DNA of 64,000 nt from Candidatus Levybacteria bacterium CG2_30_37_29 (GTDB lineage: Bacteria; Patescibacteriota; Microgenomatia; Levybacterales; GWA1-39-11), in the NCBI GenBank assembly GCA_001873215.1, contig MNYS01000003.1:49455-113454 (forward strand), given 5' to 3'. A program made the position numbers and the translations under genes. The notes beneath the pieces are model-generated. The model was not told the DNA's origin. It ran no database searches and worked only from the letters and a program-made list of their open reading frames with translations. This document shows, one piece after another, positions 39,699-48,748 of the stretch (position 1 is the first letter of the stretch; every line of letters begins with the position of its first letter).

Positions 39699-42600
39699 AT
39701 GGAACCAAAAGATAAAAAATATACAAAAGACGAAGCAATTTTTTCGGCATCTCTGTCTTCGCGGAAAAATTTGAAAGATAATAAAAAATTTGACGCGATA
39801 AATATTTCAGACTTTACCGGTCTTAAGATTTTAGTGGCAAATCCGGAAGATATAATGCACTATTCTTATGGTGAAATCACAAAACCCGAAACAATTAATT
39901 ACAGAACATATCGTCCTGAAAAAGACGGACTTTTTGACGAAAGAATTTTTGGACCTACGCGCGATTTTGAATGTTATTGCGGAAAATATAAAAGGATTAG
40001 ATATAAGGGAATTGTTTGCGATAGGTGCGGAGTTGAAGTAACGTATTCCCGTGTAAGACGTGAACGTATGGGGCATATTAGCTTGGCGTGTCCTGTTGTT
40101 CATGTATGGTATTCAAAAGGCAGTCCTTCAAAACTTTCAACGCTTCTTGACATTGCGCAAAAGGATTTGGAGTCTGTTATTTACTTTGCATCTTATTTGG
40201 TTGTAGAAATTGATGAGGATAAAAGAAAAGAAGCACAAAAAACACTAAATGATATAAAAGATCAAAGAATTGACAAAATAAAACAGCAGGCAGATGAAGA
40301 AAAAAAGTCTCTTGGAAGCGAAGAAAAAGACAAAGTCAGCGAAACAAAAAAGACACTCAAAAAAGAACAGAAAGAGCTTGTGATGGAAGAAACAGAAGTA
40401 ATGTTTAGACAAAAAAAGATTGCACTTGAGAAAAGAGTTGAAACCGAAATCGCAAGAACTGAGGAAATATTCAACCGCGTAAACGACATAATAAAAGGGT
40501 TAAAACTTTGGGATGTTTTATCAGAAGAAGAATATATGCGTCTTATTGAATATGACGTTCCTATATTCTTTGAAGTTGAAACAGGCGCAGAAGGTGTTCT
40601 TCATGCAATTAATTCAATAGATGTACAAAAATTGGTTGGAGATCTCCGCGAAGAAACGCGTAAATCAAGCGGTCAAAAACAGCTAAAGCTTTTAAAAAGA
40701 CTTCATCTAATTGAGGCAATTCATAAAGCCGGTTTTAAACCATCGTCTCTTGTTATGAAAATTCTTCCCGTTTTGCCACCGGATTTGCGTCCTATGGTTC
40801 AGCTAAACGGCGGAAGATTTGCAACCTCAGACTTGAATGATTTGTATAGACGTGTTATTAACCGAAATAATCGTCTAAAACATCTCATCTCACTTGGTGC
40901 GCCGGAAATTATTTTAAGAAATGAAAAGCGGATGCTTCAGGAGTCGGTAGATTATCTTATTGATACGTCAATCAGAACGTCGCAAACGCAAAAACAATTT
41001 AAATCCCTTTCAGATATTCTTCGCGGAAAACAGGGACGTTTCAGAAAAAATTTGCTTGGAAAACGCGTTGATTATTCCGGACGTTCCGTAATTATTGTCG
41101 GGCCGGAGCTTGCACTTAACCAATGTGGTATTCCGAAAGAAATGGCACTTGAGCTTTTCAAACCGTTTGTTATTCGTGAGGTAATCTCCCGTGGCCTTAC
41201 AACTCCAAATGCAAAAGCCGCAAAAAGATATATTGAAAAACGTCCCCCGGAAGTTTTTGATATCTTAGAGGAAATTACAAAAAACCATCCTGTTCTTCTC
41301 AACCGTGCTCCAACACTACACAAGCTTGGTATACAAGCATTCTATCCTGTGCTTATTGAGGGAAGTGCTATTAAAATTCATCCTTGCGTATGTTCCGGAT
41401 ACAATGCTGATTTTGACGGAGACCAAATGGCAATACACGTTCCGTTGTCTACAAATGCTCAAGAAGAAGCAATAAAACTTATGATGCCGGCTCACAATCT
41501 TCTAAAACCTGCAGACGGCGCGCCGATTACGCTTCCAAATAAAGAAATGGCTCTCGGAGCATTTTACCTTACAAGTGTTGACGAGAGACTTCGGAAAAAA
41601 GAACTGCCGGTATTTTCAGATGCGATGGAAGCGCATTTTGCATTTTCTCTAAAAAAGATTTCGCTTCGTGAACCTATTAAAGCTCGTGTAAGTGGAAAAG
41701 TTAGGGAAACGACAATGGGAAGGATTCTTTTCAACGAGAGGCTTCCTGAGGACATGAGATTTATTGATACGGAAATAAAAGCGTCGACTATCAAACAAAT
41801 TGTTACCAAAGCTATGGTTTCGCATTCTGAAGAAGAAGTTGCAAATCTTATCGACAATCTTAAAGAGGTAGGTTTTTATGCCGCAACCGTTTCCGGAATT
41901 TCTGTTTCTACTTTTGATTTGAAAATGCTTGTAAATAAAGAAAAACTTATTCTTGAAGCTGAGGACAAAGCAAAAGAAATTGAAGAGGAATTTCAAAATG
42001 GACTTATAACACACGTTGAACAAAGAAGGCTTACAAATGAAGTTTGGCTTAATGTTACAGAGCAAATGGCTAATTTAACTTGGGAGCTTTTTGATAAAAA
42101 TGATATGGTACGGATTATCGCAGAGTCAGGAGGAGCGCGTGCAGGAAAAGACCAAATAAAACAATTGGCTGCAATGAGAGGACTTATATACGACCCGATG
42201 GGACGAATTGTTGAGCTCCCGATTAAATCAAATTTCCGCGAAGGTCTTTCAATTTTTGAATACGTAAATTCAGCCAGAGGAAGCCGTAAAGGTCTTACCG
42301 ACTCGGCTCTTAAAACTGCAGATGCAGGATATCTTACACGCCGCCTGGTAGATGTGGCGCACGACGTTATTATCCGCAAAGAAGATTGTGGAGTTGACGA
42401 AGGGCTCACAATCGCAATGGATAAAAGGGAAAATGAAAGCTATATGACAAATATGCTTTTGGGACGTGTTGTTCTAAAAGATGTAGTAAGTAAAAAAGCA
42501 AAAGAGTCAAGCAGAAGCGCAAAAAGTAAAAACGTTTTAGTCAAAAAAGGATCGGAAATTACTTACGAAAATTTGGCTGAAATAATAAAAGACGAAACAA

Positions 42601-43538
42601 TTGATCAGATAATTATTAGGACTCCGCTCTATTGCCGCCTCAAGTACGGAATTTGCGCAAGTTGTTATGGATGGGATTTGTCCGCATATAGAAGGACAGA
42701 TATGGGAACCCCGGTTGGTGTTATTGCCGCGCAAAGCATTGGAGAGCCCGGAACACAGCTTACTATGCGTGTTAAGCATTTTGGAGGAGTAGTTATGAGT
42801 GACGTGACGCAAGGACTTCCACGCGTTGAAGAGTTATTTGAAGTACGTCATCCAAAGAATTTGGCACCTGTTGCTGAAATTTCAGGAAAAATACAGGTTT
42901 CAAAAATGGAAGACGGATATGTTATACGAGTCCGCAATACAAAAGCAAAACCTGTTGAAGAGCGAGAATATTTTGTTCCTCTTACATCATCTATTCTTGT
43001 TGAAGAGGGAGTCAGCGTATCTGCAGGGACTCAACTTTGTGAAGGATATCTTGATCCGCGCGATATCTTAAAAATAAGCGGTCTATCTGACGCGCAAAAA
43101 TACTTAATTACGCAACTTCAAGATGTGTACGAATCCCAGGGAATTGCAATACACTACAAACATTTTGAAACAATCGTTAGGAAAATGTCTGATAAGGTAA
43201 TGATTGAAACTCCTGGAGACACGGCTCTTATGCCTGGAGATCTTGTTTCAAAACTTCGATTTGAAGATGAAAATGCAGCTGTTATTTCAGAAGGCGGAGA
43301 ACCATCTTCGGCACGGGAAATAATTTTGGGTGTAACAAAAGCGTCTCTTGTAACAGATTCATGGCTTTCAGCTTCTTCATTCCAAGAAACAACTCAAGTA
43401 TTAACAGATGCTTCTTTGGAAGGCCGCGTTGACAGGCTTATCGGTCTTAAGGAAAATGTTATTGTGGGCCGCCTAATCCCCGTCAGAGCAGAATTTATAG
43501 AAGCAGCAGCACCGGTTGATCAAAATCAGGTCGCATAA
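39699..43538 (+). CDS. rpoC: RNA polymerase beta' subunit
   Basis: NADFDGDQM, LLGKRVDYSGRS, QSIGEPGTQLT. Confidence 0.99.
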   Translation: MEPKDKKYTKDEAIFSASLSSRKNLKDNKKFDAINISDFTGLKILVANPEDIMHYSYGEITKPETINYRTYRPEKDGLFDERIFGPTRDFECYCGKYKRIRYKGIVCDRCGVEVTYSRVRRERMGHISLACPVVHVWYSKGSPSKLSTLLDIAQKDLESVIYFASYLVVEIDEDKRKEAQKTLNDIKDQRIDKIKQQADEEKKSLGSEEKDKVSETKKTLKKEQKELVMEETEVMFRQKKIALEKRVETEIARTEEIFNRVNDIIKGLKLWDVLSEEEYMRLIEYDVPIFFEVETGAEGVLHAINSIDVQKLVGDLREETRKSSGQKQLKLLKRLHLIEAIHKAGFKPSSLVMKILPVLPPDLRPMVQLNGGRFATSDLNDLYRRVINRNNRLKHLISLGAPEIILRNEKRMLQESVDYLIDTSIRTSQTQKQFKSLSDILRGKQGRFRKNLLGKRVDYSGRSVIIVGPELALNQCGIPKEMALELFKPFVIREVISRGLTTPNAKAAKRYIEKRPPEVFDILEEITKNHPVLLNRAPTLHKLGIQAFYPVLIEGSAIKIHPCVCSGYNADFDGDQMAIHVPLSTNAQEEAIKLMMPAHNLLKPADGAPITLPNKEMALGAFYLTSVDERLRKKELPVFSDAMEAHFAFSLKKISLREPIKARVSGKVRETTMGRILFNERLPEDMRFIDTEIKASTIKQIVTKAMVSHSEEEVANLIDNLKEVGFYAATVSGISVSTFDLKMLVNKEKLILEAEDKAKEIEEEFQNGLITHVEQRRLTNEVWLNVTEQMANLTWELFDKNDMVRIIAESGGARAGKDQIKQLAAMRGLIYDPMGRIVELPIKSNFREGLSIFEYVNSARGSRKGLTDSALKTADAGYLTRRLVDVAHDVIIRKEDCGVDEGLTIAMDKRENESYMTNMLLGRVVLKDVVSKKAKESSRSAKSKNVLVKKGSEITYENLAEIIKDETIDQIIIRTPLYCRLKYGICASCYGWDLSAYRRTDMGTPVGVIAAQSIGEPGTQLTMRVKHFGGVVMSDVTQGLPRVEELFEVRHPKNLAPVAEISGKIQVSKMEDGYVIRVRNTKAKPVEEREYFVPLTSSILVEEGVSVSAGTQLCEGYLDPRDILKISGLSDAQKYLITQLQDVYESQGIAIHYKHFETIVRKMSDKVMIETPGDTALMPGDLVSKLRFEDENAAVISEGGEPSSAREIILGVTKASLVTDSWLSASSFQETTQVLTDASLEGRVDRLIGLKENVIVGRLIPVRAEFIEAAAPVDQNQVA

Positions 43539-43581
43539 GATTAGTAATTTAATCCAAATTAAGGTAAAATAGGAAAATATT

Positions 43582-44007
43582 ATGCCAACATTAAATCAAT
43601 TAATTAAAAGAGGAAGAAGTAAAAAAATAAAGAAAATAAAAGCAACAGCGCTTAGGACTGTTTTTAATGCAAAAGACAGGAAATATTCTTTGGTTCCGGG
43701 ACCGCAAAAACGTGGTGTGGTAACGCTTGTCAGAACCATGACGCCAAAAAAACCAAATTCGGCTCTTAGAAAAGTTGCGCGCGTAAAACTTTCAAACCGT
43801 GAAGAAGTAACAGCTTATATTCAAGGAGTCGGACACAATTTGGCAGAGCACGGAATTGTTTTGGTCCGCGGCGGACGCGTAAAAGATTTGCCCGGAGTAA
43901 AATATCATTTAGTACGCGGAAAATTTGATTTGGCAGGAGTTGACGGACGCAAAACTTCAAGAAGTAAATATGGAGTAAAAAGACAAGGAGGACAAGCAGC
44001 AGCGTAA
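43582..44007 (+). CDS. rpsL: 30S ribosomal protein S12
   Basis: [20 protein letters not shown]. Confidence 0.99.
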   Translation: MPTLNQLIKRGRSKKIKKIKATALRTVFNAKDRKYSLVPGPQKRGVVTLVRTMTPKKPNSALRKVARVKLSNREEVTAYIQGVGHNLAEHGIVLVRGGRVKDLPGVKYHLVRGKFDLAGVDGRKTSRSKYGVKRQGGQAAA

Positions 44008-44020
44008 AATTTGCTGCAGA

Positions 44021-44088
44021 TATTAGACAATAGACAGTAAAAATAGATTAGAAATATCTATTTGCTATTCACTATTATCTATTTACTA
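44021..44088. repeat. Inverted 7-bp-periodic array in the rpsL-rpsG spacer
   Basis: tagacaa tagacag.. facing ctatttg ctattca ctattat ctattta. Confidence 0.65.
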
Positions 44089-44095
44089 AATAACT

Positions 44096-44575
44096 ATGTC
44101 ACGCGGTGGAACAAAAATTAAAAAAAGAATAAATCCCGGGGATGCGGTTTACTCAAACCTGCTTTTGGGGAAATTTATCAACGGTCTTATGATGCACGGA
44201 AAAAAAACCGTTGCGCAAAGAGTGGTATACGGCGCGTTTGAAATATTAAAAAAAGAAGGACATGACCCACTTGGAGTTTTTGAGCAGGCAATTGAAACTG
44301 TTGGGCCAAAAGTAGAGGTAAAAGCCAGAAGAATCGGAGGAGCGGCGTATCAAGTTCCAACAGAGGTTAGGGGAGGACGAAAAAATTCCTTGGCGATTAG
44401 ATGGATTTTGGATGCGGCAAAAAAAAGACCGACTTCAGAATTTAAAACATTTTCGCAAAAACTCGCTGCAGAGCTTTTGGACGCTTCAAAAAATGCGGGC
44501 GAGGCAATAAAGAAAAGAGATGTAGCCCACCGTATGGCCGAAGCCAATAAGGCTTTTGCACACTTTAGATTTTAG
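44096..44575 (+). CDS. rpsG: 30S ribosomal protein S7
   Basis: RRIGGAAYQVP, HRMAEANKAFAH. Confidence 0.99.
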   Translation: MSRGGTKIKKRINPGDAVYSNLLLGKFINGLMMHGKKTVAQRVVYGAFEILKKEGHDPLGVFEQAIETVGPKVEVKARRIGGAAYQVPTEVRGGRKNSLAIRWILDAAKKRPTSEFKTFSQKLAAELLDASKNAGEAIKKRDVAHRMAEANKAFAHFRF

Positions 44576-45299
44576 ATTTTAATTTTTCGTTAGATCTTTT
44601 TACGGCCCGATAAATTGTTCTCAGCTCCTGCATCGATAAAATATCATTCTCCATAATAATTTTTCTGCAATTTTCAGGGTTTTCTTTGTAAAGTTTGTCA
44701 ATGCAGAGAATTAGAACAACTAGGTCAGAAAAAACTTGGTCAACAGACTGACGATCATAAATCATTACATAAATAAACGTTATGCAAATAAGTATAAAGT
44801 TGATGTCAAAAGAATATGGAAAAATATCTACAAGGATTGATAGGAGAATGACAATTTCCAATCCGTTTCTAACTATGTTGTCGCCGTATCCTGAGGAATT
44901 GCTACTAGAAATTATATATATTGCTCCCTCCGGGTGATCTGCTTCCGGTCCTTCAAATTTTACTTGGTGGATATTTTTTAAATAAACAGAAATACTTCTT
45001 CTATTTTTGACATGCACCTTATAATACCAGGTTTTTTTTACAGCAGACCAAAGAGTTTCAGATAAAACAAAAATAAAAAATGTAATAATAATTACTGCCG
45101 TAATTCTTGCGGCTGATACGTAAAATTCAGCCTTGCTTGTAGAGGTGAAAACCGTGATTAAAAAAATACAAACAATAGCCGATGAAAATATTATTTTGTC
45201 GCGTAGGGAAGAAAAGTAATAAAAAGACAAAAACTTATATTTAACGGATATAAAGTCTTCTCTTATTCCAAAAAATAAATTTTTTAATTTCCCCAACAC
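44565..45299 (-). CDS. Hypothetical multi-TM membrane protein, convergent on rpsG
   Basis: 244-aa ORF with about four hydrophobic segments; 3' ends overlap by 11 bp. Confidence 0.65.
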   Translation of the reverse strand: MLGKLKNLFFGIREDFISVKYKFLSFYYFSSLRDKIIFSSAIVCIFLITVFTSTSKAEFYVSAARITAVIIITFFIFVLSETLWSAVKKTWYYKVHVKNRRSISVYLKNIHQVKFEGPEADHPEGAIYIISSSNSSGYGDNIVRNGLEIVILLSILVDIFPYSFDINFILICITFIYVMIYDRQSVDQVFSDLVVLILCIDKLYKENPENCRKIIMENDILSMQELRTIYRAVKRSNEKLKSKI

Positions 45300-45417
45300 A
45301 CGTCAATTATACTCCCTAAAAACCAAGCCCAAAATTTTTCTTAAATCATAAATCATATATCATCCCAGCCTCAAAAAAAAGCTTGATAAAATTTTCTATC
45401 TGACGTAAAATAAGGTT

Positions 45418-45612
45418 ATGAAACAGAAAAAGATAGATTTCGTAAAATTATTAAAAGGTTTTAAGTCGGGGTGGGTAGGGATTTCCACAGACCATAAAAA
45501 AGTTCTCGTTCACGGGGAAACACTAAAAGAAGCAAAATTAAAAGCAGAGGAAAAAAAATTAGACTTATTTTTCTTCCCCGCCGGTGAGAGATATGATAAC
45601 TTCGTAGGCTAA
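45418..45612 (+). CDS. Small DUF5678-like protein
   Basis: KGFKSGWVGIS..KVLVHGETLKEA; TTGATA-17-TAAAAT promoter 6 nt upstream. Confidence 0.7.
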   Translation: MKQKKIDFVKLLKGFKSGWVGISTDHKKVLVHGETLKEAKLKAEEKKLDLFFFPAGERYDNFVG

Positions 45613-45614
45613 AA

Positions 45615-46022
45615 ATGATCACGGTCGAATACAGTCCCATGCCGGGTTTGAAAAATTCTCTACCTCAACCAATGTTACCTTTAAAATTTATTAATGGAAC
45701 AAAAGAAGTTTCAACTTATGCGTTGGTCGATTCCGAAGCAGCCGGAGCTGTAATTTCTACCGTAATCGCAGAAGACTTAGGGATAGACTGGCAAAAGATT
45801 CCGGGAGTCGGTGGATTTTCAGTTGGTGGAAATTTTATTTCTCACGCGGCAAAAATAAAAGTCAGAATATTTGACGAGGAATTTGGATTAAATGTAAATA
45901 TAATTGAAGGAGTGGCTCCATATAAAGCTATTTTGGGTCAAAGAGATTTGTTTCAAAGGGCAAAAATTATTTTCGAAGGATACAAAAAAGTATTTCATAT
46001 TGAATTTAGAAACTACAACTAA
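45615..46022 (+). CDS. Retropepsin-like protease with DSE in place of DSG
   Basis: YALVDSEAA, ILGQRDLF. Confidence 0.8.
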   Translation: MITVEYSPMPGLKNSLPQPMLPLKFINGTKEVSTYALVDSEAAGAVISTVIAEDLGIDWQKIPGVGGFSVGGNFISHAAKIKVRIFDEEFGLNVNIIEGVAPYKAILGQRDLFQRAKIIFEGYKKVFHIEFRNYN

Positions 46023-46295
46023 AACCCATAACCTACTTTTTTTACGAAGTAAAACAAAGGTAGCAAAGCGTCCCATCTATCAACCTATTACCTATAACCT
46101 AGTGAACCTATCACCTACATCAATTTCAAAAAGGTGCTAAAATAAGCCAAAAGCAGTATAATTTTTTCAGTTTTTTTATTCCTAATTTTTATTTGGCTTC
46201 TGGGCCGCGGGGTTTTATTATTTTTTTCCAGTTTAAACATTATTAACAACAGGTATATTTCGGTCAAACATTCAAACGAACATCGGAACGTTCTA

Positions 46296-46319
46296 TCTCA
46301 TGTTCTCGAGAACATGAGA
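46296..46319. repeat. Perfect 24-bp palindrome
   Basis: tctcatgttctcgagaacatgaga. Confidence 0.9.
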
Positions 46320-46405
46320 ACGTTAGGTTATTTTTTCTCGTAATTTAACTCCCTAGCCGTATAATTTTCTTTCTCCCTGACTTTTTTTGTGGTATATTTT
46401 ATCCA

Positions 46406-47068
46406 ATGGAAAATGTGACTTGGTTGGGGCATGCTTCTTTTTGTTTTACCGATTCCCAAACAGGGCAGAAGATTTATTATGTAGATCCGTTCAATTTACC
46501 AAAAAATCCGCCGGCTGGCGGAGCAGATATTATTTTTATCACTCATGCACATTATGATCATTTATCGAATACCGATATTAGTTTAATTCTCAAACCGAAA
46601 ACAACGGTTGTCGCAACACCTGACAGCTTAAAAACTCTAAATATTACTCAAGTTAAATTTCCCGTTGAGCCGAATAAATCATACGAAATTAACGGATTCA
46701 AATTTGATACGGTTCCGGCATACAATGTGGTGCCTGAGCGTTTAAGCTTTCATCCAAAATCAAACAATTGGGTAGGGTACATTTTTAATTTAAACGGTCT
46801 TACAATTTACCATGCGGGAGACACGGATTTTACTGCCGAGATGAATACGTTCGACAAGCTCAGTATTGACATTGCGATGCTTCCGATGGGCGGGACTTAT
46901 ACGATGAATGTTGAAGAGGCAATTGAGGCGGCAAATGCAATTGGCGCAAAAAAAACAATTCCCATGCATTATAAAAGTCTGTTAAAAGAAAAAGCTTGCG
47001 AGGCCGAGGAAAAATTGAAAAAAGGCGTTGTGAATTCTGAAGTCGTGATTCTTGAAGAATTGAGATAA
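46406..47068 (+). CDS. MBL-fold metallo-hydrolase
   Basis: WLGHASF, THAHYDH, YHAGDT, IPMHY. Confidence 0.92.
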   Translation: MENVTWLGHASFCFTDSQTGQKIYYVDPFNLPKNPPAGGADIIFITHAHYDHLSNTDISLILKPKTTVVATPDSLKTLNITQVKFPVEPNKSYEINGFKFDTVPAYNVVPERLSFHPKSNNWVGYIFNLNGLTIYHAGDTDFTAEMNTFDKLSIDIAMLPMGGTYTMNVEEAIEAANAIGAKKTIPMHYKSLLKEKACEAEEKLKKGVVNSEVVILEELR

Positions 47069-47070
47069 TA

Positions 47071-47236
47071 TTTTCTTTGTACTTTTGTCCGCCAAAAGAA
47101 GCAAAACCTCTCGTCGTGTCGTGCTCACGCATTACGTCTTTTCCTCGTTCACTGAAAGAGCCGGACAAGCCTTTCCTCTTTCCTGGCGTTCACTCGGGCA
47201 AGACTTCAAGAGTTGCGCGCGAAACGACGAATATGC
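47071..47236 (-). ncRNA. Putative structured RNA or ssDNA element, copy A
   Basis: Collinear with 55719-55885; compensatory stems; G-U and tandem G-A pairs form on the minus strand. Confidence 0.65.
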
Positions 47237-47338
47237 TTCAATCGCAATGGAAAAATGTACTGCGAATCGAAGAATGAAAGATATTGTGCGCAAAACGATA
47301 AACAAAGCAAAAATGGCGCGCGAAACGATAATGAAAGA

Positions 47339-47977
47339 TTATTCAACAGTAATTCCTAAAATGCGGTCGCCGATTTTTATTGTATTAACCACATTCATTC
47401 CGTCAGTCACAATTCCAAAATTTGTATATTGATTATTGAGCCATGGAGCTTCCGTTTTTGTTATAAAAAATTGTGAATCGTTTGAGATTTTTATGTCGCC
47501 TCCGCGCGCAACACCAACGGATCCAACAACAAATGGTTTTTCGCTTAATTCTGTCGGCAAATCTCCTCCACCGGTACCGTTGCCTTTAGGGTCTCCTCCT
47601 TGGATTACCCAATCTTCAACACGGTGAAACGTAAGATTGTTGTAAAATCCGCTTTGTGCTTTTTGCACAAAATTTGCCACAGTCCCCGGCGCTTCTTTTC
47701 CGTAAAACGAAAAAACAATATCTCCCTTGCTTGTTTTAATAGTGGCCTTTTTTGCCGCAACAGGGTTTATTGTTGGCACAGCAGATGTAGAGGACGGGGT
47801 AACACTAATAGACGGTGCAATTGTAATAAGGCGCTGGACCTGAACGGTTGGTGAAGGTACAACCGGAATTTGCGGAGTGAATGTTGTCTGCTTTGTTTGC
47901 AAAAGAAAGTAGAGGCCGCCAAACCCAATGACGACAAGAACTATAAATATAATCGCTGTTCTACTCATAAAACCCAT
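47339..47977 (-). CDS. Cyclophilin-type peptidyl-prolyl isomerase with N-terminal anchor
   Basis: FYNNLTFHRV, IQGGDPKGNGTGG, SQFFI. Confidence 0.93.
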   Translation of the reverse strand: MGFMSRTAIIFIVLVVIGFGGLYFLLQTKQTTFTPQIPVVPSPTVQVQRLITIAPSISVTPSSTSAVPTINPVAAKKATIKTSKGDIVFSFYGKEAPGTVANFVQKAQSGFYNNLTFHRVEDWVIQGGDPKGNGTGGGDLPTELSEKPFVVGSVGVARGGDIKISNDSQFFITKTEAPWLNNQYTNFGIVTDGMNVVNTIKIGDRILGITVE

Positions 47978-48024
47978 ACATGAAGACCTATTCTAATCAA
48001 TTTAAATAAAAAATTCAAGGACTA

Positions 48025-48073
48025 TTGACAAACACTCTTTAATGTATTAATATATCCCTCATGGGGGGATATA
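48025..48073 (+). promoter_or_regulatory. cop operon promoter and CsoR-type operator
   Basis: TTGACA-17-TAATAT; tatatccc-N7-gggatata with C/G tracts. Confidence 0.8.
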
Positions 48074-48097
48074 ATTAGGCATCATTCCGCACAAAAT

Positions 48098-48373
48098 ATG
48101 GCATATAGACCAAAGGATACACAAGAAAGAATTGCTCATCGCCTTAAAATCGCGAGGGGGCATCTTGAGAAGGTTATCAGTATGGTTGAAAACGATTCTT
48201 ACTGCATTGACGTTTTACATCAACTGCAAGCCGTTGAAGGAGCGCTTAAAGAAACCGGCAATGCGGTTTTGGAAAATCATTTAAAAACATGTGCTGCCAA
48301 TGCAATAAAAGAAGGAAAAGGTAACGAGGCAATCGAGGAAATTATGAATGTTTTCAAGAAAAAAGCAAATTAA
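48098..48373 (+). CDS. csoR: Copper-sensing repressor CsoR
   Basis: RLKIARGHL, YCIDVLHQ, LENHLKTC. Confidence 0.9.
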   Translation: MAYRPKDTQERIAHRLKIARGHLEKVISMVENDSYCIDVLHQLQAVEGALKETGNAVLENHLKTCAANAIKEGKGNEAIEEIMNVFKKKAN

Positions 48374-48747
48374 TGGATAAAGTTTTTGTTTTTATCGGTG
48401 GAATTTTAGGTATTATTTTTACTGCTTGGTTTTTCTTCGGAAAAAAAGATGAAGCGGTCCAAGCACGTTCTGAAAGCCCGGAAAAAGCAGAGGTCGATAT
48501 TTTAGTAAAAGGAGGATATCAACCTTCTACGGTTCAAATTAAAAAAAACAAAATTACAACTTTTAATTTTACAAGGCAAGATGAAAATAGCTGTCTTGAA
48601 GATGTTATATTGTCCGAATTTAAAATAAAACGCTTTCTTCCTCTCGGAAAAACCGTTTCTTTTGAAATTAAACCTGAAAAGACCGGTACGTTTGACTTCT
48701 CATGCGGCATGGGCATGTTTCATGGAAAACTTATCGTTAAGGATTAA
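48373..48747 (+). CDS. Membrane-anchored cupredoxin-domain protein (CupA-like)
   Basis: [20 protein letters not shown]. Confidence 0.85.
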   Translation: MDKVFVFIGGILGIIFTAWFFFGKKDEAVQARSESPEKAEVDILVKGGYQPSTVQIKKNKITTFNFTRQDENSCLEDVILSEFKIKRFLPLGKTVSFEIKPEKTGTFDFSCGMGMFHGKLIVKD

Positions 48748-48748
48748 T

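Noticed and set aside
42490-42535. KESSRSAKSK stretch in rpoC as another palindromic insert
   Set aside because: No convincing inverted arms; probably an ordinary variable loop.
47071-47236. Element A/B as a simple terminator, 6S or SRP RNA
   Set aside because: Much longer than a terminator, present in two diverged copies, and lacks the SRP loop motif; 6S is not formally excluded without cmscan.
47214-47340. Possible mini-CRISPR
   Set aside because: Units are degenerate with no unique spacers and no cas genes.
47077-47432. Short ORFs across element A, and 55550..55918 / 55570..55809 across element B
   Set aside because: Not conserved as protein between the copies; shadow ORFs.
48662-48748. 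N-terminal extensions in the ORF track (also 28684, 30602, 57190, 59323, 23317, 15427)
   Set aside because: They overlap upstream genes, promoters or repeats; downstream ATGs fit better.
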